From Azolla caroliniana (taxonomy: Eukaryota > Plantae > Polypodiophyta): a stretch of 64,000 nt of DNA. Location of the stretch: contig JBHGNT010000003.1 of assembly GCA_043228905.1 (NCBI GenBank), positions 24,056,001 to 24,120,000 of the forward strand. Direction: 5' to 3'. The notes under the pieces were generated by a model that saw nothing but the letters and a program-made list of their open reading frames with translations, was not told the DNA's origin and did not search any database. Position 1 is the first letter of the stretch. The number at the start of each line of letters is the position of its first letter. Both the position numbers and the translations under genes were made by a program. Of this stretch, positions 1 to 9,822 are shown piece after piece.

Positions 1-690
1 ATTAGGTTTTTCAAATCAAGCAGTGCCAGTTTTAGGTTTCATTCGAAAGTCGCGCAAGAAGGAGGATTCTATGAAGAAGGTGGATTAGAGAGGTTCATTA
101 AGAAAGCGGATTAGGGATTGAACAGTCAAGCAAGAGTTAGAGTTCAACAAGAATGCGGATCAGGGTTTCAAATAAAGCAGTGGGGCTCTAGGGTGTTCCA
201 TGAAAGTGCGTTCTGGTTTCAGAAGTCAAGAAAAAATTAGGGCTTTTTAAATCAAGCAGTGGCGTTAGGCTTTCAAATCGATCAAAGACTAGGACCTTGA
301 ATCTGTCAAGGATTAGAACCTTGATTCTGTCAAGGATTAGGAGTTTCAAAATCAATAAATTTTTTAGAGCTTCAAAGATTAAGGGAGATTGAAAATCAAA
401 ACTAAGATCTAAAGGTTTCAAATCAAGCAAAAGATTAGAGCTTGAAAATCAGGCAAGCATAAAGTCAACAACTCCTTGCAAAAGGTGCTTTTAGGGTTTC
501 CAAACAAAAAGATTTCTGGGCCTCAAAATCTATACAAGGTTTTAGTGTCTCAAATCTTTTAACAATCCAAGCAAGGGGATATTCTTTCTATCAATTAACA
601 TAACATTGGTGACTTCTACCAAAGGTTACGATTTTGCAATCTTCAACTAAAGAAGTTTAGGGCTTTCAATCAGAAAGCAAGCATAAACAT
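1..690. repeat. Degenerate tandem array (~22-25 bp unit, roughly GGATTAGGGTTTCAAATCAAGCA) upstream of the KCS gene
   Basis: Motifs 'ttagg..ttcaaatcaagca' and 'caaggattag' recur many times across 1-690. The reverse-strand ORF 188..430 is a repetitive by-product (ILDRIKVL/ILDRFKVL). Confidence 0.65.
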
Positions 691-702
691 TTATCAAGAA
701 GA

Positions 703-2268
703 ATGGTGAAACTAGAAGATCAGTCTCTTCTGGCCACTGAGATAACTCCTAATGGGTCAATGAGCTTCTCGGTCCGTGTGCGTCGCCGCCTCCCCGACTT
801 CCTTCAATCAGTGAACCTCAAGTATGTAAAACTGGGATATCATTATCTGATAAGCCATGGTGTCTACCTCTTCACCATCCCTACCCTCCTTGTGGCTTTC
901 AGTGCTGAGGTTAGTACTCTCTCTATTCAAGACATCTCTCAATTGTGGGAGCACTTTGAATTCAATCTCTTAAGTGTCATGGTTTGCTCTGGAGCTTTGG
1001 TGTTCATAATAACACTCTACTTCATGACTTGCCCGAGAGATGTTTATCTCGTGGATTTCTCTTGCTTTAAGCCACCTGAAGAGCTGAAACTGAGTAGAGC
1101 TAGATTCCTGGAAAATGCAAGAGAGAAGGGTAAATTCAATGAAGCTAGCTTGGAGTATATGAAGAAGTTTATGACTAGGTCTGGACTGGGTGAAGAGACA
1201 TATTTGCCTAAAGATTTGTTTGATTCCAAACCAAGTATGAGAGCAGGAAGAGATGAAGCGGAAATGGCCATGTTCTCAGCCCTTGATGAACTTTTCCAAA
1301 AGACTAGAATTAAACCCAAGGATGTGGGTATACTTGTGGTGAATTGTAGCCATTTTAATCCTACCCCTTCACTTTCAGCTATGATAATAAATCACTATAA
1401 GATGAGGGGTAATATACTAAGCTTCAATGTAGGTGGTATGGGATGTAGTGCCGGTATTATAGCACTTGATTTGGCTAATGATATGCTTCAAGCACATGGT
1501 AGATCTTATGCTGTGGTGGTTTCTACTGAAAGTATGACAATGAGCTGGTACATGGGCAATAAGAGATCAATGCTTTCTCCCAACTGTTTGTTCAGACTTG
1601 GCGCGTCTGCTGTACTTCTCTCTAACAAGAGATCAGATAGGAGGAGAGCAAAATACAAGCTTTCTCACATTGTAAGAACACACAAAGGAGCTGATGACAA
1701 GAGCTATAGATCTATATACCAAGAAGAAGATGAAGATAAAAACAAAGGTGTATCCCTCTCTCCGGACCTCATTGAATTGGCGGGAGATGCAATCAAGACA
1801 AACATTACCACAATGGGTCCTCTTGTATTGCCATTATCTGAACAAATCCTCTTCCTAGCTGCCCTTTTTTGCAAGAATGTGCTCAATATTAAAGGGATGA
1901 AGCCATATATACCCGATTTCAAACTTGCATTTGAGCATTTTTGCATCTACGCGGGGTCAAAACAAGCGCTAGATGAGATGGAAAAGAATTTAGGTCTTTG
2001 TGGGAAGCACATGGAAGCTTCTAGGATGACGCTACATAGGTGGGGGAACACTTCAAGTAGTTCTATATGGTATGAGCTTGCTTATTTGGAAGCCAAAGAG
2101 AGGGTAAAGAGAGGTGATAGAGTTTGGCAAGTTGCTTTTGGATCTGGTTTTAAGTGTAATAGTGTGGTATGGAAAGCACTAAGGAATGTGAAGAAGCCTA
2201 AAGTGAATCCTTGGTTGGATAGGTTGGATAGCTATCCTATAGATATTCCAGAGTATCAAAGTGTTTAA
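703..2268 (+). CDS. KCS10: 3-ketoacyl-CoA synthase, FIDDLEHEAD/KCS10-like (VLCFA elongase condensing enzyme), 521 aa, intronless CDS
   Basis: FDH-type N-terminus [28 protein letters not shown], two hydrophobic helices, [17 protein letters not shown], active-site [21 protein letters not shown] and [12 protein letters not shown]. The catalytic His position reads Tyr (HFCIYAG). Confidence 0.93.
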   Translation: MVKLEDQSLLATEITPNGSMSFSVRVRRRLPDFLQSVNLKYVKLGYHYLISHGVYLFTIPTLLVAFSAEVSTLSIQDISQLWEHFEFNLLSVMVCSGALVFIITLYFMTCPRDVYLVDFSCFKPPEELKLSRARFLENAREKGKFNEASLEYMKKFMTRSGLGEETYLPKDLFDSKPSMRAGRDEAEMAMFSALDELFQKTRIKPKDVGILVVNCSHFNPTPSLSAMIINHYKMRGNILSFNVGGMGCSAGIIALDLANDMLQAHGRSYAVVVSTESMTMSWYMGNKRSMLSPNCLFRLGASAVLLSNKRSDRRRAKYKLSHIVRTHKGADDKSYRSIYQEEDEDKNKGVSLSPDLIELAGDAIKTNITTMGPLVLPLSEQILFLAALFCKNVLNIKGMKPYIPDFKLAFEHFCIYAGSKQALDEMEKNLGLCGKHMEASRMTLHRWGNTSSSSIWYELAYLEAKERVKRGDRVWQVAFGSGFKCNSVVWKALRNVKKPKVNPWLDRLDSYPIDIPEYQSV

Positions 2269-2389
2269 AATTTTTAGATACATACCTTTATCTTTTCTAT
2301 GCTATTGTAGTAAAATCCATTCATGGGTTAAATCTATAACTTTGGGTGTTGTTTTTAGTTTTGGCATTGGTGTGAAAAACTCTTTCTTT

Positions 2390-2960
2390 GAAAAGCCTTT
2401 TGCTTAAACAATTTGTTCTTATTATTTTGATTTTGATGCTGTCTATAGTTTTGTGTAGAGCTTTTGAAAATTATATTCTAGTTTATGCTGCCTATATAAC
2501 GTGATAGTTTTGAACTGGTTTTAGCAGTTATTCTGTTTCTTCCTTTGCACATCTTTTCAACATGAAAAGAGTCTATTGACCTTCTCTCGTTTTTTGGAAG
2601 TCTTGTAAGTGTTTATTTTGGACGGCCTTTTGCTTATGCAATTTGAACTGTTATTTTTGGTTTTGATGTTGTCTATAGTTTAATGGAGAGTTTTTGAACA
2701 GTTTGTATTGTTTGATGCTGCCTATATAGTTTGCTGTAGTTTTGGAACTGGTTTTCGGAGTCAGTATTTCTCTCGTTTATGTTCATATTGTATGGTATTT
2801 ATTTGCCCTCTCTCATTCATGTTGGAAGTCTTTTTAAGTGTTCATTTGCAAGGACTTTTGGTTATGCATTTGAACTGTTTGTTTGGGGTTTGATGTTGTC
2901 TATAGTTTTATCATTATGGAGAGTTTTTAAACAGTTTCTTTCTTGGGCTTGATGTAGTTT
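2390..2960. repeat. Degenerate ~230 bp tandem triplication downstream of KCS
   Basis: 'ttttgatg(c/t)tgtctatagttt' and 'ccttttgctta' motifs recur near 2430, 2660 and 2890. Confidence 0.55.
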
Positions 2961-4215
2961 TTGAGCTGGGATTAATTGTAGATGTCACCTTAAGCACATT
3001 TTATTCCTTCCCTTACACTGTACACATAGGAAAAGGTGTTCATTAAATGTCTTTTTTGATTGCGCAAATCTGTGGTGCTCTTAGGAGTGCTTCAAGTTCA
3101 CTTCTTCGAGTACATTGAGGCCTTGGGCATGAAGCTTCAGAAATGCTGATCTCACAACATCATTTGTTCCTTCCCCAAATTGCCCGTTATTTTCAAGTAT
3201 AGTGAAGATTCAGATGTTAGTCACAACATCATCGTGACTGTCCCCAAACATTCTTTTCGTAGGTTAGTTTGTTGCTCTATGCTAGATGTGAGCTTGTATG
3301 AGGTTCCAATAACTGGCCATGGTTTCTTCTCAACGGCTTGCGTTGTGATTCTCATGTTTCTTCGACGGGCCACCCGACCCATTTGATCATGGCTTCCTCT
3401 TCTTATCCATGATGAACACCTCAATGTAGTTTGCATGAGGCATGTGTTAGTGTGGTGTTGTCGTCGACCAGATGTGTTGACCCATTTAGTGCTTCCACTT
3501 CTTCTTCCCTCTTTGATGTTCATGGAACTCCACTGCTTTGACGACATCTAGAACCACAAGCTAGAAGTCGTCTCTTGGGACTTGTGTTTGTTTGATATGG
3601 CGGATTCCCACCCATGTAGATTAATAGCTCTTTTTTGCTCTTTGTACATACCTCCATCAATTGCTGCATGCCTTCTTTCCCAAAGTGGATTTTTATCAGC
3701 AATCAATCTTAGACGACTTGCTTTCGTTTCCATATATGTAGTAAATGATGTGGTTTTTCAGTTGTGCCACATTGTTCATTACAATTGTGGTGCGCGTGCT
3801 TCATACTATCACACCATATGCACTGTTGTGTATGGTATTGTTGGTGAAGGAATATATCACATCATGACATGTGTAGAAATATAAGTGCATTGTATAATGT
3901 GATATGGGTTTGTGTAGTTAACATATATTTGTCTATTTTGTTGTGGATTACATTATATTTCTATAACATTATGTGGTTTCAAATAAATGTTACATTTGTT
4001 TTTATCATAGCTATTAGCAAGCTATGTAAAAAGTCTATAATACTATATGGATATATGAAAAGTCTTACAGTTACACTTATGGCAAGTAGCAGCGTTATGG
4101 CTAAATAAGAAATTAGCTATTCCAATAAGGTCAACATATATGTTGTTTCATGGGGCAAAACATTCTTGAATTGGAAAGCAAGTCCTCCATCTTGTTCTTC
4201 TTGGCTTCTTTTTCT

Positions 4216-7200
4216 TTAGTTGAGTGGGAAAGGCATTTGTCGTTTATAGTGTTTGTCGCATAACCATGCAACTTGATTACTACCATCTGTTTTATAAATG
4301 GCACGCTTGAGCAGGAATTTCTTGGCTATGTTCTCGTCTGTTATACCCCCATTTTCTCTCAATATGGCTGCCAAGCACTCTCGCCATTCTCGCAAAGACT
4401 CAGATTTACTTGGATACCTGTTATTATTAGACTTCCCTAATGTTGGATATGCATTAGAACCAGGAGCAGTAGAGATCTTAGGGTACTCTCGTGTTGATTT
4501 GTGAACAAGGCCAGAAAGATCAGGCATGCCAAATGAAATGCCAGTACCCACTTGAGCAATTAGACTCAAGATGCTGAGAAAAAGATCAACATATGGGATA
4601 GCTTTGCATAAGAGTGAGTTCGCTGAAAGTGAGAAAAGGGCGATCCCCTCTTGGCCATCCACTCGATGTGGTGATGTCCGATCCTCGCAACAGAGCTCGA
4701 TTCGCACTGATTGAGCATCCATCAGAGAAGTCACTAGTTTCCTCACCTTGTTCACACCTTCAGCCATGGGGAGAATGAAACGGGGGAGCTGCTTATGACA
4801 TTCATTCCCCATCTCTAAATTCAAAAACCTTTCTACATCTTTCTTAATTTTTGTCAAAACCTCATTCCTGATTGCCTCCAGCTCTTTATGCATTACATCA
4901 ACCTTGTCGCTTAACCCTCCTACCATCGATTTTAGGCTATACATCTCCTTCAAGATTTCTCTCACCATGTCTTTCATGAACAATACATCCACGTCTCCTT
5001 GATCTTTTGGTTCCGGGTTCACTTCCAAATAGATGTCACTTAAAATCTTTGACTCTATGCGATTTAGAGTGCCAATCGCCTTTGCATTATGATTTAGAGA
5101 GCATTCCTCGTTTCCAAAAAGTGCATCACTATTCTCGCTCACTTCCTCCAACCATTCTTTGTAGACCTTGGAGTAATTGTCAGGTCCTAGGAGATCGAGA
5201 AGGGGATCCTTTGTGCCAGCGCTCACATATTTAGATTCTTTCCAAAGGTGACATAGGTTCTCCGTTGGGCGACCTTGCTCAAGTTGCTTTTTAAGCTCTT
5301 GTTTCAATGAACTCATCTTGACACATTGATCTTGTCTCACATGTGCGGCTGATGGGTCTTCCAAGCAACCTGGCCGAATGACACTTTCAATTAGCTTAAC
5401 TCCTTGATTGCCCCTCGATTGGGCACATACTCGTATCAAAGTGTCAATGATATGTTGCACGACATAAGCTAAGCTCCTACACACATTTACTTTATTATTG
5501 TTTTGCGTCCTCATGAGCACATCGATCACATGGTCGGCTTGCCCTTGGCAAAACACTACAATGATCTCTACATCTAGCATACAAATAGATATGAACTCTT
5601 TGCCGAGCGCCACATCTGAATCTGCATCTCCATTGATATCTTGGAATTCATTATTAAGCAACACTTGTATCCTTGGAAACAATCCTGGTGTGAGAAAGGT
5701 GAGCTCTTTGTTTTCACACTCTAGCCTTCTACCCATGTATGTGTAGGTATTATCATATGAACAGCTTGTGGAAGATCTCCATTGGAGTTGTTTCAAACCC
5801 ACATTTAGTTCTTGAGAATCTGTCAATGTAGTCGGGATAAAAAGACGATCCCCATTGCTTGTTGGGTCGTTGAGGTTATTTGGGACTCTGCAACATAGGT
5901 GCATTGATTCCATCAACTCTACCAATAAAGAGCCCTTCACATAAGATTTGGTAATGGATTCCAACTTGGCCTCTAGGAAATCTCGGTGGGTAAATCCGCG
6001 AATCTCCATGGTACCCTTAGATTCTTTAGATTCTGATAAATGAATGAGACTGCCTATGATCTGATTGCAGAACCAATTAGGATCAAGAACAATGTGCGCG
6101 ATATTGTTGACATATATGATGATCCCCGACTCATTCAAGGACAAGGCAATCGTCTTTAATTTCACTTCGTCGTGAGGAATGGAAAGTTGGCGTTCGCATA
6201 TGTCTCTGAATTCTGACCATCGAATGATTCGTTGCATCGATGTCTTCATGTACTTGGATAAATGTTCGCTTACCTGTGTGCAAATGTCGTACACCTCCAC
6301 ACCTTGGAGCATCTCTTTGGCGGTGTGGAAAATGCATTCTAACACAGGTTTGACAGAATCCCTCTGCCTTGCATCCACTTCTAGAGTAGGATTGATGATG
6401 TGAATGACCTCTCTGAACTCGGATCACAGTGAATTAATGGAGCTAGAGAGAGCACGTGAGACGAGCTCCATTTGATCCATTCGTGTGAGCACCAGGATCA
6501 CCTTAAGAGCAACATTAGACTGCCGGCTTTTGGAGGCGAGAAACTTGAGCCAGTACCTGAAGCTGTCTTCAAACTCCTTGATTTCTTTCTTCCTTCCCTT
6601 CTTGCTAGTTTCACTGTGCATGGGACTCCAAACAAACATGAACATTGATGGAGTTTGATAAGAGCTTGTTCCTATGTCTGGGAACATACAATCATGAAAA
6701 GCATGGAACTCTGGTTGACCTGCCATGTCCCACAGAGACACTCGAATTCCGTCTTTCTTGATGGCTCGGACCTCGATTCCTTGTGTCCGGTCCCGCTTGA
6801 TACCTCCACAGGTACAAACCCCTCTCAACTTAGCTCTCTTTCGTGAATAGATGGAATGCATGGTGGATAGGAGGGTAGTCTTTCCTGCATATGGATCCCC
6901 ACAGATGAACAGGCGCATGGAATTAGCGGGTACTTTCTCAAGATAATCTCCCAGCATGAACAGGCGCTGGTTCATCAAGAGTTGGGCTTCAATGGCGGGA
7001 TCCATCTTATGCACACCATCTAACTCAAGGAATGGAAGGCCGGACCGTGAAAGTCCATCCACCACTGCAGCCACAGTTCGCCTTAGCTCCAGATTAGCAT
7101 CAGGGAATTTCCCTAAGGTGAGGCTGTATAATCGAGCACTAGGAGATGCAGGGGCGTTCTCCATCTTCTTCGACTGTGCTAGGAGATCCATGAAATCCAT

Positions 7201-8064
7201 TAGATCTTCTTCTGTGAAGGAATGGGGTACTAGGGTAAGCTCTTCGAGTTTAGGCCAGTGCTGCAGGAATCCACAGAAGCTTCTCCTTGCCCATGCAGGC
7301 TTCACCACTTCCGTGAAGACTGCGTGGATATCCAGGCGCTGGAGAGAGGCGGCCAGGGAGGAATGCGAGGGACGAAGGTCTGCCAATTTCCCAACAAACT
7401 CTGGGGATACTTTGACTTGATCTATGTGCAGAGTAGCTATGGAAGGGAGGCCACTCAGCATCTCCACGCAGTCATCACTGATGTTCTCCCAGAACTGCAG
7501 GGAAAGATCCCTGAGGCCCTTGCATTTCCTCAGGGTCTTCAAGAGATCAAAAGTCTCGAACCGACAATTTCTGATGAACAGGCTCCTGGGCTCGGCATCA
7601 TGATCTGCAGATATCGACAGAGCCTGCAACCAATCTGAGGCTTCCTCTTCAGGGAGATTATATAGCTCCAGCAGGTAGACAGCCCCGCCATTAAAGCTGG
7701 CGGCATCTCGAAGGTACTCGGATCTCTGCTCGTGAGTCAAGCATCCATGGATTCCCAAATCAAGCATGATGTCTTTGCTACCCCACTCTCGCCCTATCGA
7801 AGAAGTCGCCATGCTCGCATCGTTGCTTGACCACCATACTAGTGTGTAATCCACTCCCTTGTTGTTGATGAAGAAAAGGTTCTCCACATTGTTAACCCTA
7901 ATCAGGTGGGAGAGCCCATGGCCACCACCGCCACTCTCCGGGAGCACCTTCGAGCTTTCGAGAGCTGCCATGGATTTCTCACATGCTTCTCTCACATAAT
8001 TGGAATCCCAGCTCTGCTGGGTGTAGCGGTGAGGTTTCTGGTGTTTTGGCGTAGTCTTTTCCAT
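4216..8064 (-). pseudogene. TORNADO1-like LRR-Roc-COR (Roco) GTPase, ~1280 codons, intronless, with one in-frame TGA at 6426-6424 (null allele, recent pseudogene or assembly error)
   Basis: ORFs 6424..8103 and 4216..6378 share a frame: ...SSSINSL*SEFREVIHIINPTLEVDARQRDSV... Motifs: RNI-like LRRs (LRDLSL, LQRLDI, LEELTL), P-loop GDPYAGKTT, RTQGIEV, WDMAGQPEFHAFH, VLTRMD, COR-like LDPNWFC, FIPTTL, GRRLEC..TFLTPGLFPRIQV, a coiled coil, LCCED and terminal AWLCDKH. The first in-frame ATG is at 8064; the track's 8103 start is GTG. Confidence 0.85.
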
Positions 8065-8254
8065 AATGTTGTTATGATTGGATCCCTCCGTCCCTTCTTG
8101 CACTGTTAATCTCTCTTCACCCCACCTTTAGAGACGGTGATTAGCACTAATCACAATGGTAATGAAGGTTAAATATGGAGTTGTAGGTGATTAGCACCGC
8201 AAGGACCCTTATTTAAATCTCGAAGTACTAATATGAAGTTTCATGGACTTTGCT

Positions 8255-8505
8255 CCTACCAGTCAATATATTGGTGACTTGGGTCTCCTTTAACTTTGGG
8301 TGCTGGGACCATTGATGACTTTGCTTTTCTATAGAATTTGGCCTCCTCTATTGACTTGGTTGGGTTTACATTTTCTAGTGAATTGTATGACATTGTGCTT
8401 GGGTGGTGAACTACTATTCAACCCACAAAGGATTTGCCTAGGTACCATTATTATGGGTTCTCACATTTTGTACTGTATTTGTCGCAACATGAGTCATTGT
8501 CAAAG
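8255..8505. promoter_or_regulatory. Cluster of W-box/TGAC cores in the Roco upstream region
   Basis: Full W-boxes AGTCAA at 8261 and TTGACT at 8351, plus TGAC/GTCA cores at ~8275, 8316, 8388, 8493 and 8499. Confidence 0.35.
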
Positions 8506-8621
8506 AGACGTTATTTTCTCATTTGTTGGACCTTTCTAGAAAGTTGAATGTGATGTCCCCCCTTAATAAAATAGACTGCCACTTGGTGCATATAGATGAG
8601 TTGCATCTTTTCGATACAGAT

Positions 8622-8792
8622 GAAACAAATACTATCGAGCAATTCACAATGTCAAAAAAGGGAAAGTTCTACCCGTATTACAATAAGTGGTTCAAGACAC
8701 AAACAAATACTATCAAGCAATTCACAATGTCAAAAAGAAAAAGAAAAAAGAGAAAGATCTAAGTGTATTACCATAAGTGGTTCAAGACACAA
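8622..8792. repeat. ~78 bp direct tandem duplication
   Basis: 'aaacaaatactatc(g/a)agcaattcacaatgtcaaaaa...ataagtggttcaagacaca' occurs twice. Confidence 0.75.
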
Positions 8793-9822
8793 TTCTTTAA
8801 TCTAATGTATAATAAACAAGACCAATGAAAAACATCAAGGTTATTGAATGCCTATAGAATGTAAACATCTCATGTAAACACTAGTGTTGTATTGTAAGCT
8901 TGCTTATGCAATAATGAGGCTTTATGAACTTGTAGATATAAATTTCTGTGTGAGAATACGCGTTTATGTGTAAATATAGTTATGCAATGTGTATAGTGCA
9001 AATATTGGAGATAGACTGTAGTATGTATGCATGGGTGAATGTCAATGTGCATGGGTGGAAAATGTATGTGTTCATGGGTGTCATCTTGTAGACATATATG
9101 CCACTTGCAAGTATTTATGTTTGTGTTATATGTATTATGTATATACATATATGTTTGTGTGGGAGAAAAGAGGGTAGACTTTAGGAATATGGGCATTGGG
9201 AAGAGTAGTTTTGGGCCTTTTAGACTCGGCTAGAGCCTTCGTGGTGAAGGATTATTACAAAGACTAGCATGTGTTTGTAGTGCTGAAGGACCCCTAAAGA
9301 TTATTATAAGAAATTACATGTAAAAGCACAATGTGATATAAATAGTTGCATGTGCTTGTAGTGCTGAAGGATCACTAAAGATTATAATAATATCACACGT
9401 TAATTCACAATACGTTACATTACATTGCTTGATTTTTATTCTTTATCAAGAATATATCCACACATAGAATTTGATTTATGCAATTTAAGAATTTATATGT
9501 ATACAATATATAACAGATGCATGTCGAAGCTGTGAAATGCTAAGTCTCTGCATCTACGCGTGTTGGCCCTACACACGACTGCAAAAAAAGCTCTCGTAAA
9601 GAGAAGCTGCCATGGAAGCTTGCAATGCAGAAATGTCCTGCATAAAAGTCTTAACACCACGACAACAGAAGGAGGTAGCGTGTGGACTAAGAAAAAAAAA
9701 GTACGCATATGGCATAGATCGTATTAGTATGTTCTTTTTGTACAGTGAATCCATTTTTAGCCTGTTTTCCTCCTAATATCAGTTGAAAGGCGATTATAAT
9801 TTATCATCATCCACATTCCAAT

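Noticed and set aside
4216-6378. ORF 4216..6378 as a separate 720-aa gene
   Set aside because: It starts at a GTG in the middle of the Roc domain and is in frame with the upstream ORF, so it is the 3' part of one Roco gene.
1948-6426. Nuclear U-to-C RNA editing repairing both KCS TAC>CAC and Roco TGA>CGA
   Set aside because: U-to-C editing is established only for organellar transcripts, and ordinary C>T mutation explains both sites. Only RNA reads could revive the idea.
6424-6426. TGA as selenocysteine
   Set aside because: Land plants lack the Sec machinery, and the aligned residue appears to be Arg rather than Cys.
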